From NCBI GenBank assembly GCA_964016885.1, contig OZ024743.1:132122001-132186000 (forward strand): DNA of 64,000 bases, written 5' to 3'. The stretch comes from Eledone cirrhosa. Taxonomy: Eukaryota. The notes beneath the pieces are model-generated. The model did not search any database and was not told the origin of the DNA. It saw only the letters and a program-made list of their open reading frames with translations. Position numbers and translations under genes: made by a program. Each line of letters starts with the position of its first letter. Position 1 is the stretch's first letter. Below, piece after piece: positions 50,361 through 62,700 of the stretch.

Positions 50361-51629
50361 TGCTTGGGGTTTGGTGTTTGGTGCTTGGTGTTTGGTGCTT
50401 GGTGCTTGGTGTTTGGTGTTTGGTGTTTGGTGCTTGGTGCTTGGTATTTGGTGTTTGCTGTTTGCTGTTTGGTGTTTGCTGTTTGGTGTTTGCTGCTTGG
50501 TGTTTGGTGCTTGGTGCTTGATGCTTGGTGTTTTGTGTTTGGTGCTTGGTGCTTGGTGTTTGGTGCTTGGTGCTTGGTGCTAGGTGTTTGTACTTGGTGC
50601 TTGGTGTTTGGTGCTTTATGTTTGGTGCTTGGTGCTTGATGCTTGGTGTTTTGTGTTTGGTGCTTGGTGCTTGGTGTTTGGTGCTTGGTGTTTGGTGCTA
50701 GGTGTTTGTACTTGGTGCTTGGTGTTTGGTGTTTGGTGCATGTTGCTTGGTGTTTGGTGCTTGGTGCTTTGTGCTTGGTGTTTGGTGTTTGCTGCTTGGT
50801 GTTTGGTGCTTGGTGCTTGGTGCTTGGTGTTTTGAGTTTGGTGCTTGGTGCTTGGTGTTTGGTGCTTGGTGCTTGGTGCTTGGTGTTTGTACTTGGTGCT
50901 TGGTGCTTGGTGTTTGGTTCTTGGTTCTTGGTGTTTGGTACTTGGTGCTTGGTGCTTGGTGCTTGGTGTTTGGTGCTTGGTGTTTGGTGCTTGTTGCTTG
51001 GTGTTTGGTGCTTGGTGTTTGGTGTTTGGTGCTTGGTGCTTGGTGTTTGGTGTTTGGTGTTTGCTGTTTGCTGTTTGGTGTTTGGTGTTTGCTGTTTGCT
51101 GTTTGGTGTCTGCTTTTTGGTGTTTGGTGTTTGCTGTATGGTGTTTGCTGTTTTGGTGTTTGGTGTTTGCTGTTTGGTGTTTGGTCTTTGGTGCTTGGTG
51201 TTTGGTGCTTGGTGCTTGGTGTTTGGTGTTTGGTGCTTGGTGTTTGGTGTTTGGTGTTTGGTGCTTGGTGCTTGGTGCTTGGTGTTTGGTGTTTGGTGTT
51301 TGGTGCTTGGTGTCTGGTGCTTGGTGCTTGGTGTTTGGTGCTTGGTGTTTGGTGTTTGGTGTTTGGTGCTTGGTGCTTGGTGTTTGGTGTTTGGTGCTTG
51401 GTGTTTGGTGTTTGGTGCTTGTTGCTTGGTGCTTGGTGCTTGGTGTTTGGTGCTTGGGGCTTGGTGTTTGGTGCTGAGTGCTGGGTGCTTGGTGTTTGGT
51501 GCTTGGTGCTTGGTGCTTGGTGTTTGGTGCTTGGTGCTTGGTGCTTGGTCTTTGGTGCTTGGTGTTTGCTGTTTGGTGTTTGGTGCTTGGTGCTTGGTGC
51601 TTGGTGCTTGGTGTTTGGTGTTTGGTGTT

Positions 51630-54600
51630 TGATGCTTGGTGTTTGCTGCTTGGTGCTTGGTGCTTGGTGTTTTGTGTTTGGTGCTTGGTGCTTGGTGCCT
51701 GGTGTTTGGTTTTTGGTGCTTGGTGTTTGGTGCTTGGTGCTTGGTGTTTGGTGTTTGGTGCTTGGTGCTTGGAGCTTGGTGTTTGGTGCTTAGTGCTTGG
51801 TGCTTGGTGCTTGGTGTTTGGTGCTTGGTGCTTGGTGCTTGGTGTTGGTGTTTGGTGTTTGGTGCTTGGTGTTTGGTGCTTGGTGCTTGGTGCTGGGTGG
51901 TTGGTGTTTGGTGCTTGGTGTTTGGTGTTTGGTGCTTGGTGCTTGGTGTTTGGTGCTTGGTGCTTGGTGCTTGGTGATTATTGTTTGGTGCTTGGTTCTT
52001 GGTGCCTGGTGCTTGGTGCTTGGTGCTTGTTGTTTGGTGCTTGGTGCTCGGTGATTAGTGTTTGGTGCTTGGTGCTTGGGGTTTGGTGTTTGGTGCTTGT
52101 GGTTTGGTGTTTGGTGCTTGGTGCTTGGTGTTTGGTGCTTAGTGCTTGGTGCTTGGTGTTTGGTGCTTGGTCCTTGGTGCTTGGTGTTGGTGTTTGGTGT
52201 TTGGTGCTTGGTGTTTGGTGCTTGGTGCTTGGTGCTGGGTGGTTGGTGTTTGGTGCTTGGTGTTTGGTGTTTGGTGCTTGGTGCTTGGTGTTTGGTGCTT
52301 GGTGCTTGGTGCTTGGTGATGGTGTTTGGTGTTTGGTGCTTGGTGTTTGGTGTTTGGTGCTGGGTGCTTGGTGTTTGGTGTTTGGTGCTTGGTGCTTGGT
52401 GCTTGGTGTTTGGTGTTTGGTGCTTGGTGCTTGGTGTTTGGTGCTTGGTGTTTGGTGTTTGGTGTTTGGTGCTTGGTGCTTGGTGTTTGGTGCTTGGTGT
52501 TTGGTGCTTGGTGCTTTGTGTTTGGTGCTTGGTGCTTGGTGTTTGCTGCTTGGTGCTTGGTTTTTGGTGTTTGATGCTGCGTGCTTGGTGTTTGGTGTTT
52601 GGTGCTTGGTGCTTGGTGTTTGGTGTTTGGTGCTTGGTGCCTGGTGCTTGTTGTTTGGTGTTTGGTGCTTGGTGCTTGGTGTTTGGTGTTGTTGCTTGGT
52701 GCTTGGTGCTTGGTGCCTGGTGCTTGGTGCTTGGTGTTTGGTGCTTGGTGCTTGGTGCTTGGTGTTTGGTGATTGGTGCTTGGTGCTTGGTGTTTGGTGC
52801 TTGGTGCTTGGTGTTTGGTGCTAGGTGTTATGTGCTTGGTGTTTGGTGCTTGGTGCTTGGTGCTTGGTGTTAGGTGTTTGGAGCTTGGTGCTTGGTGTTT
52901 GATGTTTGGTCCTTGGTGCTTGGTGTTTGGTGCTTGGTGCTTGGTGTTTGGTGTTTGGTGCTTGCTGCTTGCTGCTTGGTGTTTGGTGCTTGGTGATTGG
53001 TACTTGGTGTTTGGTGCTTGGTGCTTGGTGTTTGGTGTTTGGTGCTAGGTGCTTGGTGCTTGGTGCTTGGTGTTTGGTGCTTGGTGCTTGGTGTTTGGTG
53101 TTTGGTGCTTGGTGCTTGGGGCTTGGTGTTTGGTGCTTAGTGCTTGGTGCTTGGTGTTTGGTGCTTGGTGCTTGGTGTTTGGTGTTTGGTGATAGGTGCT
53201 TGGTGCTTGGTGTTTGGTGTTTGGTGCTTGGTGTTTGGTGCTTGGTGCTTGGTGCTTGGTGCTTATTGTTTGGTGCTTGGTACTTGGTGCTTGGTGCTTG
53301 GTCTTTGGTGCTTGGTGTTTGGTGTTTGGTGCTTGGTGCCTGCTGCTTGTTGTTTGGTGTTTGGTGCTAAGTGCTTGGTGTTTGGTGTTTGGTGCTTGGT
53401 GCTTGGTGGCTGGTGTTTGGTGCTTGGTGTTTGGTGTTTGGTGCTTGGTGCTTGGTGCCTGGTGTTTCGTGCTTGGTGCTTGGTGCTTGTTGTTTGGTGT
53501 TTGGTGCTTGGTGGTTGGTGTTTGGTACTTGGTGCTTGGTGTTTGGTGCTTGGTGCTTGGTGCTTTGTGTTTGATGCTGCGTGCTTGGTGTTTGATGTTT
53601 GCTGCTTGGTGCTTGGTGTTTGGTGTTTCGTGCTTGGTGCCTGGTGCTTGTTGTTTGGTGTTTGCTGCTTGGTGCTTGGTGTTTGGTGTTTGGTGCTTGG
53701 TGCTTGGTATCTGGTGTTTGGTGCTTGGTGTTTGGTGTTTGGTGCTTGGTGCTTGGTGCTTGGTGTTTGGTGTTTGGTGCTTGGTGCTTGGTGTTTGGTG
53801 CTTGGTGTTTGGTGTTTGGTGTTTGATGCTTGGTGTTTGCTGCTTGGTGCTTGGTGCTTGGTGTTTTGTGTTTGGTGCTGGGTGCTTGGTGCCTGGTGCT
53901 TGGTGCTTGGTGCTTGTTGTTTGATGCTTGGTGCTTGGTGATTAGTGTTTGGTGCTTGGTGCTTGCGGTTTGGTGTTTCGTGCTTGTAGTTTGGTGTTTG
54001 GTGCTTGGTGCTTGGTGTTTGGTGCTTGGTGCTTGGTGTTTGGTGCTTGGTGCCTGGTGCTTGGTGTTTGCTGCTTGGTGCTTGGTGTTTGGTGCTTATT
54101 GTTTGGTGCTTGGTGCTTGGTGCTTGGTGCTTGGTGTTAGGTGTTTGGTGCTTGGTGCTTGGTGTTTGATGTTTGGTGCTTGGTGTTTGGTGCTTGGTGC
54201 TTGGTTTTGGTGTTTGGTGCTTGCTGCTTGCTGCTTGGTGTTTGGTGCTTGGTGATTGGTGCTTGGTGTTTTGTGCTTGGTGCTTGGTGTTTGGTGTTTG
54301 GTGCTAGGGGCTTGGTGCTTGGTGCTCGGTGATTAGTGTTTGGTGCTTGGTGCTTCAGGTTTGGTGTTTGGTGCTTGTGGCTTGGTGTTTGGTGTTTGAT
54401 GCTGCGTGCTTGGTGTTTGGTGTTTGGTGCTTGGTGCTTGGTGTTTGGTGTTTGGTGCTTGGTGCCTGGTGCTTGTTGTTTGGTGTTTGGTGCTTGGTGC
54501 TTGGTGTTTGGTGTTTGTTGCTTGGTGCTTGGTATCTTGTGTTTGGTGCTTGGTGTTTGGTGTTTGGTGCTTGGTGCTTGGTGCTTGGTGTTTGGTGTTT

Positions 54601-57600
54601 GGTGCTTGGTTCTTGGTGTTTGGTGCTTGGTGTTTGGTGTTTGGTGTTTGATGCTTGGTGTTTGTTGCTTGGTGCTTGGTGCTTGGTGTTTTGTGTTTGG
54701 TGCTTGGTGCTTGGTGCCTGGTGCTTGGTGCTTGGTGCTTGGTGTTTGGTGCTTGGTGCTTGGTGCTTGGTGTTTGGTGATTGGTGCTTGGTGCTTGGTG
54801 TTTGGTGCTTGGTGCTTGGTGTTTGGTGCTTGGTGTTTGGTGCTTGGTGCTTGGTGTTTGGTGCTTGGTGTTATGTGCTTGGTGTTTGGTGCTTGGTGCT
54901 TGGTGCTTGGTGTTAGGTGTTTAGAGCTTGGTGCTTGTTGTTTGATGTTTGGTGCTTGGTGCTTGGTGTTTGGTGCTTGGTGCTTGGTGTTTGGTGCTTG
55001 GTGTTTGGTGCTTGGTGCTTGGTGTTTGGTGCTTGGTGTTATGTGCTTGGTGTTTGGTGCTTGGTGCTTGGTGCTTGGTGTTAGGTGTTTAGAGCTTGGT
55101 GCTTGTTGTTTGATGTTTGGTCCTTGGTGTTTGGTGCTTGGTGATTGGTGCTTGGTGTTTGGTGCTTGGTGCTTGGTGTTTGGTGTTTGGTGCTAGGTGC
55201 TTGGTGCTTGGTGTTTGGTGCTTGGTGCTTGGTGTTAGGTGATTGGTGCTTGGTGTTTGGTGCTTGGTGCTTGGTGCTTGGTGCTTGGTGCTTGGTATTA
55301 GGCGTTTGGTGCTTGGTGCTTGGTGTTTGATGTTTGGTCCTTGGTGCTTGGTGTTTAGTATTTGGTGCTTGGTGCTTGGTGTTTGGTGTTTGGTGCTTGC
55401 TGCTTGCTGCTTGGTGTTTGGTGCTTGGTGATTGGTGCTTGGTGTTTTGTGCTTTTTGCTTGGTGTTTGGTGTTTGGTGCTAGGTGCTTGGTGCTTGGTG
55501 TTTGGTGTTTGGTGCTTGGTGACTGGTGCTTGGTGCTTAGTGCTTGGTGCTTATTGTTTGGTGCTTGGTACTTGGTGCTTGGTGCTTGGTCTTTGGTGCT
55601 TGGTGTTTGGTGTTTGGTGCTTGGTGCTTGGTGTTTGGTGCTTGGTGCTTGGTGCTTGGTGTTTGGTGCTTGGTGCTTGGTGCTTGGTGATTAGTGTTTG
55701 GTGCCTGGTGCTTGGTGCCTGGTGCTTGGTGCTTGGTGCTTGTTGTTTGGTGCTTGGTGCTTGGTGATTAGTGTTTGGTGCTTGGTGCTTGAGGTTTGGT
55801 GTTTGGTGCTTGGGGTTTGGTGTTTGGTGCTGGGTGCTTTGTGTTTGGTGCTTGGTATTTGGTGCTTGGTGCTTGGTGTTTGGTGCTTGGTGCCTGGTGC
55901 TTGGTGTTTGGTGCTTGGTGCTTGGTGTTAGGTGATTGGTGCTTGGTGCTTGGTTCTTGGTGCTTGGTGTTAGGCGTTTGGTGCTTGGTGCTTGGTGTTT
56001 GATGTTTGGTCCTTGGTGCTTAGTGTTTGGTATTTGGTGCTTGGTGCTTGGTGTTTGGTGTTTGGTGCTTGCTGCTTGCTGCTTGGTGTTTGGTGCTTGG
56101 TGATTGGTGCTTGGTGTTTTGTGCTTTTTGCTTGGTGTTTGGTGTTTGGTGCTAGGGTCTTGGTGCTTGGTGCTTGGTGTTTGGTGCTTGGTGCTTGGTG
56201 TTTGGTGTTTGGTGCTTGGTGCGTGGGGCTTGGTGTTTGGTGCTTGGTGTTTGGTGCTTGGTGCTTGCTGTTTGGTGCTTGGTGCTTGGTGTTTGGTGTT
56301 TGGTGTTTGGTGCTTGGTGCTTGGTGTTTGGTGCTTGGTGCTTGGTGCTTGGTGCTTGGTGCTTGGTGTTTGGTGCTTGGTGCTTGGTGATTAGCGTTTG
56401 GTGATTGGTGCTTGGGGTTTGGTGTTTGGTACTTGGTGTTTGGTGCTTGGTGCTTGCTGTTTGGTGTTTGGTGTTTGGTTCTTGGTGCTTGGTGTTTGGT
56501 GTTTGGTGTTTGGTGCTTGGTGCTTGGTGCTTGGTGTTTGGTGCTTGGTGCTTGGTGCTTGGTGTTTGGTGCTGCGTGCTTGGTGTTTGGTGTTTGGTGC
56601 TTGGTGCCTGCTGCTTGTTGTTTGGTGTTTGGTGCTAAGTGCTTGGTGTTTGGTGTTTGGTGCTTGGTGCTTGGTGGCTGGTGTTTGGTGCTTGGTGTTT
56701 GGTGTTTGGTGCTTGGTGCTTGGTGCCTGGTGTTTCGTGCTTGGTGCTTGGTGCTTGGTGTTTGGTGTTTGGTGCTTGGTGGTTGGTGTTTGGTACTTGG
56801 TGCTTGGTGTTTGGTGCTTGGTGCTTGGTACTTTGTGTTTGATGCTGCGTGCTTGGTGTTTGGTGTTTCGTGCTTGGTGCCTGGTGCTTGTTGTTTGGTG
56901 TTTGCTGCTTGGTGCTTGGTGTTTGGTGTTTGGTGCTTGGTGCTTGGTATCTGGTGTTTGGTGCTTGGTGTTTGGTGTTTGGTGCTTGGTGCTTGGTGCT
57001 TGGTGTTTGGTGTTTGGTGCTTGGTGCTTGGTGTTTGGTGCTTGGTGTTTGGTGTTTGGTGTTTGATGCTTGGTGTTTGCTGCTTGGTGCTTGGTGCTTG
57101 GTGTTTTGTGTTTGGTGCTGGGTGCTTGGTGCCTGGTGCTTGGTGCTTGGTGCTTGTTGTTTGGTGCTTGGTGCTTGGTGATTAGTGTTTGGTGCTTGGT
57201 GCTTGCGGTTTGGTGTTTCGTGCTTGGAGTTTGGTGTTTGGTGCTTGGTGCTTGGTGTTTGGTGCTTGGTGGTTGGTGTTTGGTGCTTGGTGCCTGGTGC
57301 TTGGTGTTTGCTGCTTGGTGCTTGGTGTTTGGTGCTTATTGTTTGGTGCTTGGTGCTTGGTGCTTGGTGCTTGGTGTTAGGTGTTTGGTGCTTGGTGCTT
57401 GGTGTTTGATGTTTGGTGCTTGGTGTTTGGTGCTTGGTGCTTGGTTTTGGTGTTTGGTGCTTGCTGCTTGCTGCTTGGTGTTTGGTGCTTGGTGATTGGT
57501 GCTTGGTGTTTTGTGCTTGGTGCTTGGTGTTTGGTGTTTGGTGCTAGGGGCTTGGTGCTTGGTGCTCGGTGATTAGTGTTTGGTGCTTGGTGCTTCAGGT

Positions 57601-59745
57601 TTGGTGTTTGGTGCTTGTGGCTTGGTGTTTGGTGTTTGATGCTGCGTGCTTGGTGTTTGGTGTTTGGTGCTTGGTGCTTGGTGTTTGGTGTTTGGTGCTT
57701 GGTGCCTGGTGCTTGTTGTTTGGTTTTTGGTGCTTGGTGCTTGGTGTTTGGTGTTTGTTGCTTGGTGCTTGGTATCTTGTGTTTGGTGCTTGGTGTTTGG
57801 TGTTTGGTGCTTGGTGCTTGGTGCTTGGTGTTTGGTGTTTGGTGCTTGGTTCTTGGTGTTTGGTGCTTGGTGTTTGGTGTTTGGTGTTTGATGCTTGGTG
57901 TTTGTTGCTTGGTGCTTGGTGCTTGGTGTTTTGTGTTTGGTGCTTGGTGCTTGGTGCCTGGTGCTTGGTGCTTGGTGCTTGGTGTTTGTTGCTTGGTGCT
58001 TGGTGCTTGGTGTTTGGTGATTGGTGCTTGGTGCTTGGTGTTTGGTGCTTGGTGCTTGGTGTTTGGTGCTTGGTGTTTGGTGCTTGGTGCTTGGTGTTTG
58101 GTGCTTGGTGTTATGTGCTTGGTGTTTGGTGCTTGGTGCTTGGTGCTTGGTGTTAGGTGTTTAGAGCTTGGTGCTTGTTGTTTGATGTTTGGTCCTTGGT
58201 GCTTGGTGTTTGGTGCTTGGTGCTTGGTGTTTGGTGTTTGGTGCTTGCTGCTTGCTGCTTGGTGTTTGGTGCTTGGTGATTGGTGCTTGGTGTTTGGTGC
58301 TTGGTGCTTGGTGTTTGGTGTTTGGTGCTAGGTGCTTGGTGCTTGGTGTTTGGTGCTTGGTGCTTGGTGTTAGGTGATTGGTGCTTGGTGTTTGGTGCTT
58401 GGTGCTTGGTGCTTGGTGCTTGGTATTAGGCGTTTGGTGCTTGGTGCTTGGTGTTTGATGTTTGGTCCTTGGTGCTTGGTGTTTAGTATTTGGTGCTTGG
58501 TGCTTGGTGTTTGGTGTTTCGTGCTTGGTGCCTGGTGCTTGTTGTTTCGTGTTTGCTGCTTGGTGCTTGGTGTTTGGTGTTTGGTGCTTGGTGCTTGGTG
58601 CTTGGTGTTTGATGTTTGGTCCTTGGTGCTTAGTGTTTGGTATTTGGTGCTTGGTGCTTGGTGTTTGGTGTTTGGTGCTTGCTGCTTGCTGCTTGGTGTT
58701 TGGTGCTTGGTGATTGGTGCTTGGTGTTTTGTGCTTTTTGCTTGGTGTTTGGTGTTTGGTGCTAGGGTCTTGGTGCTTGGTGCTTGGTGTTTGGTGCTTG
58801 GTGCTTGGTGTTTGGTGTTTGGTGCTTGGTGCGTGGGGCTTGGTGTTTGGTGCTTGGTGTTTGGTGCTTGGTGTTTGGTGCTTGCTGTTTGGTGCTTGGT
58901 GCTTGGTGTTTGGTGTTTGGTGTTTGGTGCTTGGTGCTTGGTGTTTGGTGCTTGGTGCTTGGTGCTTGGTGCTTGGTGCTTGGTGTTTGGTGCTGCGTGC
59001 TTGGTGTTTGGTGTTTGGTGCTTGGTGCCTGCTGCTTGTTGTTTGGTGTTTGGTGCTAAGTGCTTGGTGTTTGGTGTTTGGTGCTTGGTGCTTGGTGGCT
59101 GGTGTTTGGTGCTTGGTGTTTGGTGTTTGGTGCTTGGTGCTTGGTGCCTGGTGTTTCGTGCTTGGTGCTTGGTGCTTGGTGTTTGGTGTTTGGTGCTTGG
59201 TGGTTGGTGTTTGGTACTTGGTGCTTGGTGTTTGGTGCTTGGTGCTTGGTACTTTGTGTTTGATGCTGCGTGCTTGGTGTTTGGTGTTTGGTGCTTGGTG
59301 CTTGGTGTTTGGTGTTTCGTGCTTGGTGCCTGGTGCTTGTTGTTTGGTGTTTGCTGCTTGGTGCTTGGTGTTTGGTGTTTGGTGCTTGGTGCTTGGTATC
59401 TGGTGTTTGGTGCTTGGTGTTTGGTGTTTGGTGCTTGGTGCTTGGTGCTTGGTGTTTGGTGTTTGGTGCTTGGTGCTTGGTGTTTGGTGCTTGGTGTTTG
59501 GTGTTTGGTGTTTGATGCTTGGTGTTTGCTGCTTGGTGCTTGGTGCTTGGTGTTTTGTGTTTGGTGCTGGGTGCTTGGTGCTTGTTGTTTGGTGCTTGGT
59601 GCTTGGTGATTAGTGTTTGGTGCTTGGTGCTTGCGGTTTGGTGTTTCGTGCTTGGAGTTTGGTGTTTGGTGCTTGGTGCTTGGTGTTTGGTGCTTGGTGG
59701 TTGGTGTTTGGTGCTTGGTGCCTGGTGCTTGGTGTTTGCTGCTTG
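51630..59745 (+). repeat. Variant satellite sub-domain with internal ~3.24 kb and ~2.4-2.6 kb duplications
   Basis: Own markers: GCTAAGTG (53366, 56634, 59055), TTCAGGT (~54354, ~57594), TTAGAGC, TTATTGT, GCTGCGTGC, 6-bp TTGGTG. Offset 3240 for ORFs 53830/57070, 54141/57381 and 54329/57569. No TTGTAC unit or CTGCTTT module seen. Confidence 0.88.
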
Positions 59746-62700
59746 GTGCTTGGTGTTTGGTGTTTGGTGCTTGTTGCTTGGTGCTTGGTGCTTGGTGTTT
59801 GGTGCTTGGGGCTTGGTGTTTGGTGCTGGGTGCTGGGTGCTTGGTGTTTGGTGCTTGGTGTTTGGTGCTTGGTGTTTGGTGCTTGGTGCTTGGTGCTTGG
59901 TCTTTGGTGCTTGGTGTTTGCTGTTTGGTGCTTGGTGCTTGGTGCTTCGTGTTTGGTGCTTGGTGATTAGTGTTTGGTGCTTGGTGCTTGGGGTTTGGTG
60001 TTTGGTGCTTGGTGCTTGGTGTTTGGTGCTTGGTACTTGGTGTTTGGTGCTTGGTGTTTGGTGTTTGCTGTTTGGTGTTTGGTGTTTGGTGTTTGGTGTT
60101 TGCTGTTTGGTGTCTTCTTTTTGGTGTTTGGTGTTTGCTGTATGGTGTTTGCTGTTTCGTGTTTAGTGTTTGCTGTTTGGTGTTTGGTGATTGGTGCTTG
60201 GTGTTTGGTGCTTGGTGCTTGGTGCTGGGTGGTTGGTGTTTGGTGCTTGGTGTTTGGTGTTGGGTGCTTGGTGTTTGGTGCTTGGTGCTTGGTGTTTGGT
60301 GCTTGGTGTTTGGTGTTTGGTGCTTGGTGCTTGGTGTTTGGTGCTTGGTGCCTGGTGTTTGGTGCTTGGTGCTTAGTGTTTGGTGCTAGATGCTTGGGGT
60401 TTGGTGTTTGGTGCTTGGTGTTTGGTGCTTGTTGCTTGGTGTTTGGTGTTTGGTGTTTGGTGCTTGGTGCTTGGTATTTGGTGTTTGATGTTTGCTGTTT
60501 GGTGTTTGTTGTTTGGTGTTTGTTGTTTGGTGTTTGCTGTTTGGTGTTTGGTGTTTGGTGTTTGCTGTTTGGTGTCTGCTTTTTGGTGTTTGGTGTTTGC
60601 TGTATGTTGTTTGCTGTTTGGTGTTTGGTGTTTGGTATTTGGTGTTTGGTGCTTGGTGCTTGGTGTTTGGTGCTTGGATCTTGGTGTTTGGTGCCTGGTG
60701 CTTGGTGCTTGGTGTTTGGTGTTTGGTGCTTGGTGCTTGGTGCTTGGAGTTTGGTGTTTGGTGCTTGTTGCTTGGTGTTTTGTGTTTGGTGTTTGGTTTT
60801 TGGTGCTTGGTGCTTGGTGCTTGGTCCTTGGTGTTTGGTGCTGGGTGCTTTGTGTTTGGTGCTTGGTGCTTCGTGCTTGGTGTTTGGTCTTTGCTGCTTG
60901 GTGTTTGGTGCTTGGTGCTTGGTGCTTGGTGTTTTGAGTTTGGTGCTTGGTGCTTGGTGTTTGGTGCTTGGTGCTTGGTGCTTGGTGTTTGTACTTGGTG
61001 CTTGGTGCTTGGTGTTTGGTTCTTGGTTCTTGGTGTTTGGTACTTGGTGCTTGGTGCTTGGTGTTTGGTGTTTGGTGCTTGGTGTTTGGTGCTTGTTGCT
61101 TGGTGTTTGGTGCTTGGTGTTTGGTGTTTGGTGCTTGGTGCTTGGTGTTTGGTGTTTGGTGTTTGCTGTTTGCTGTTTGGTGTTTGGTGTTTGCTGTTTG
61201 CTGTTTGGTGTCTGCTTTTTGGTGTTTGGTGTTTGCTGTTTGGTGTTTGGTCTTTGGTGTTTGGTTTTTGGTGCTTGGTGCTTGGTGTTTGGTGTTTGGT
61301 GCTTGCTGCTGGCTGCTTGGTGCTTGGTGATTGGTGCTTGGTGTTTTGTTCTTGGTGTTTGGTGTTTGGTGCTAGGTGCTTGGTGCTTGGTGTTTGGTGC
61401 TTGGTGCTTGGTGTTTGGTGTTTGATGTTTGGTGCTTGGTGCTTGGTGTTTGGTGCTTGGTGCTTGGTGCTTGGTGCTTGGTGTTTGGTGCTTGGTGTTT
61501 GGTGCTGGGTGCTTGGTGTTTGGTGCTTGGTGCTTGGTGTTTGGTGCTTGGTGTTTGGTGTTTGGTGCTTGGTGCTTGGTGTTTGGTGGTTGGTGCTTGG
61601 TGTTTGGTGCTTGGTGCTTAGTGTTTGGTGCTTGGTGCTTGGTGTTTGGTGTTTGGTGTTTGGTGCTTGGTGCTTGGTATTTGGTGTTTGCTGTTTGCTG
61701 TTTGGTGTTTGTTGTTTGGTGTTTGTTGTTTGGTGTTTGCTGTTTGGTGTTTGCTGCTTGGTGTTTGGTGCTTGGTGCTTGATGCTTGGTGTTTTGTGTT
61801 TGGTGCTTGGTGCTTGGTGTTTGGTGCTTGGTGCTTGGTTCTAGGTGTTTGTACTTGGTGCTTGGTGTTTGGTGCTTGGTGCTTGGTGCTTGGTGTTTGG
61901 TGCTTGGTGCTTGGTGCTTGGTGTTTGGTGTTTGGTGCTTGGTTCTTGGTGCTTGGAGTTTGGTGTTTGGTGCATGTTGCTTGGTGTTTGGTGCTTGGTG
62001 CTTTGTGCTTGGTGTTTGGTGTTTGCTGCTTGGTGTTTGGTGCTTGGTGCTTGGTGCTTGGTGTTTTGAGTTTGGTGCTTGGTGCTTGGTGTTTGGTGCT
62101 TGGTGCTTGGTGCTTGGTGTTTGTACTTGGTGCTTGGTGCTTGGTGTTTGGTTCTTGGTTCTTGGTGTTTGGTACTTGGTGCTTGGTGCTTGGTGCTTGG
62201 TGTTTGGTGCTTGGTGTTTGGTGCTTGTTGCTTGGTGTTTGGTGCTTGGTGTTTGGTGTTTGGTGCTTGGTGCTTGGTGTTTGGTGTTTGGTGTTTGCTG
62301 TTTGCTGTTTGGTGTTTGGTGTTTGCTGTTTGGTGTTTGGTCTTTGGTGCTTGGTGTTTGGTGCTTGGTGCTTGGTGTTTGGTGTTTGGTGCTTGGTGTT
62401 TGGTGTTTGGTGTTTGGTGCTTGGTGCTTGGTGCTTGGTGTTTGGTGTTTGGTGTTTGGTGCTTGGTGTCTGGTGCTTGGTGCTTGGTGTTTGGTGCTTG
62501 GTGTTTGGTGTTTGGTGTTTGGTGCTTGGTGCTTGGTGTTTGGTGTTTGGTGCTTGGTGTTTGGTGTTTGGTGCTTGTTGCTTGGTGCTTGGTGCTTGGT
62601 GTTTGGTGCTTGGTGCATGGTGTTTGGTGCTGGGTGCTGGGTGCTTGGTGTTTGGTGCTTGGTGCTTGGTGCTTGGTGTTTGGTGTTTGGTGCTTGGTGT

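Noticed and set aside
59967-62618. Long - strand ORFs (883 aa here; 985 aa at 20933-23890; 564 aa at 6473-8167) resembling mucin or His/Pro-rich repeat proteins
   Set aside because: The - strand consensus has no T, so long ORFs are expected. There is no signal peptide or non-repeat terminus, and the 7-bp period is not codon-based.
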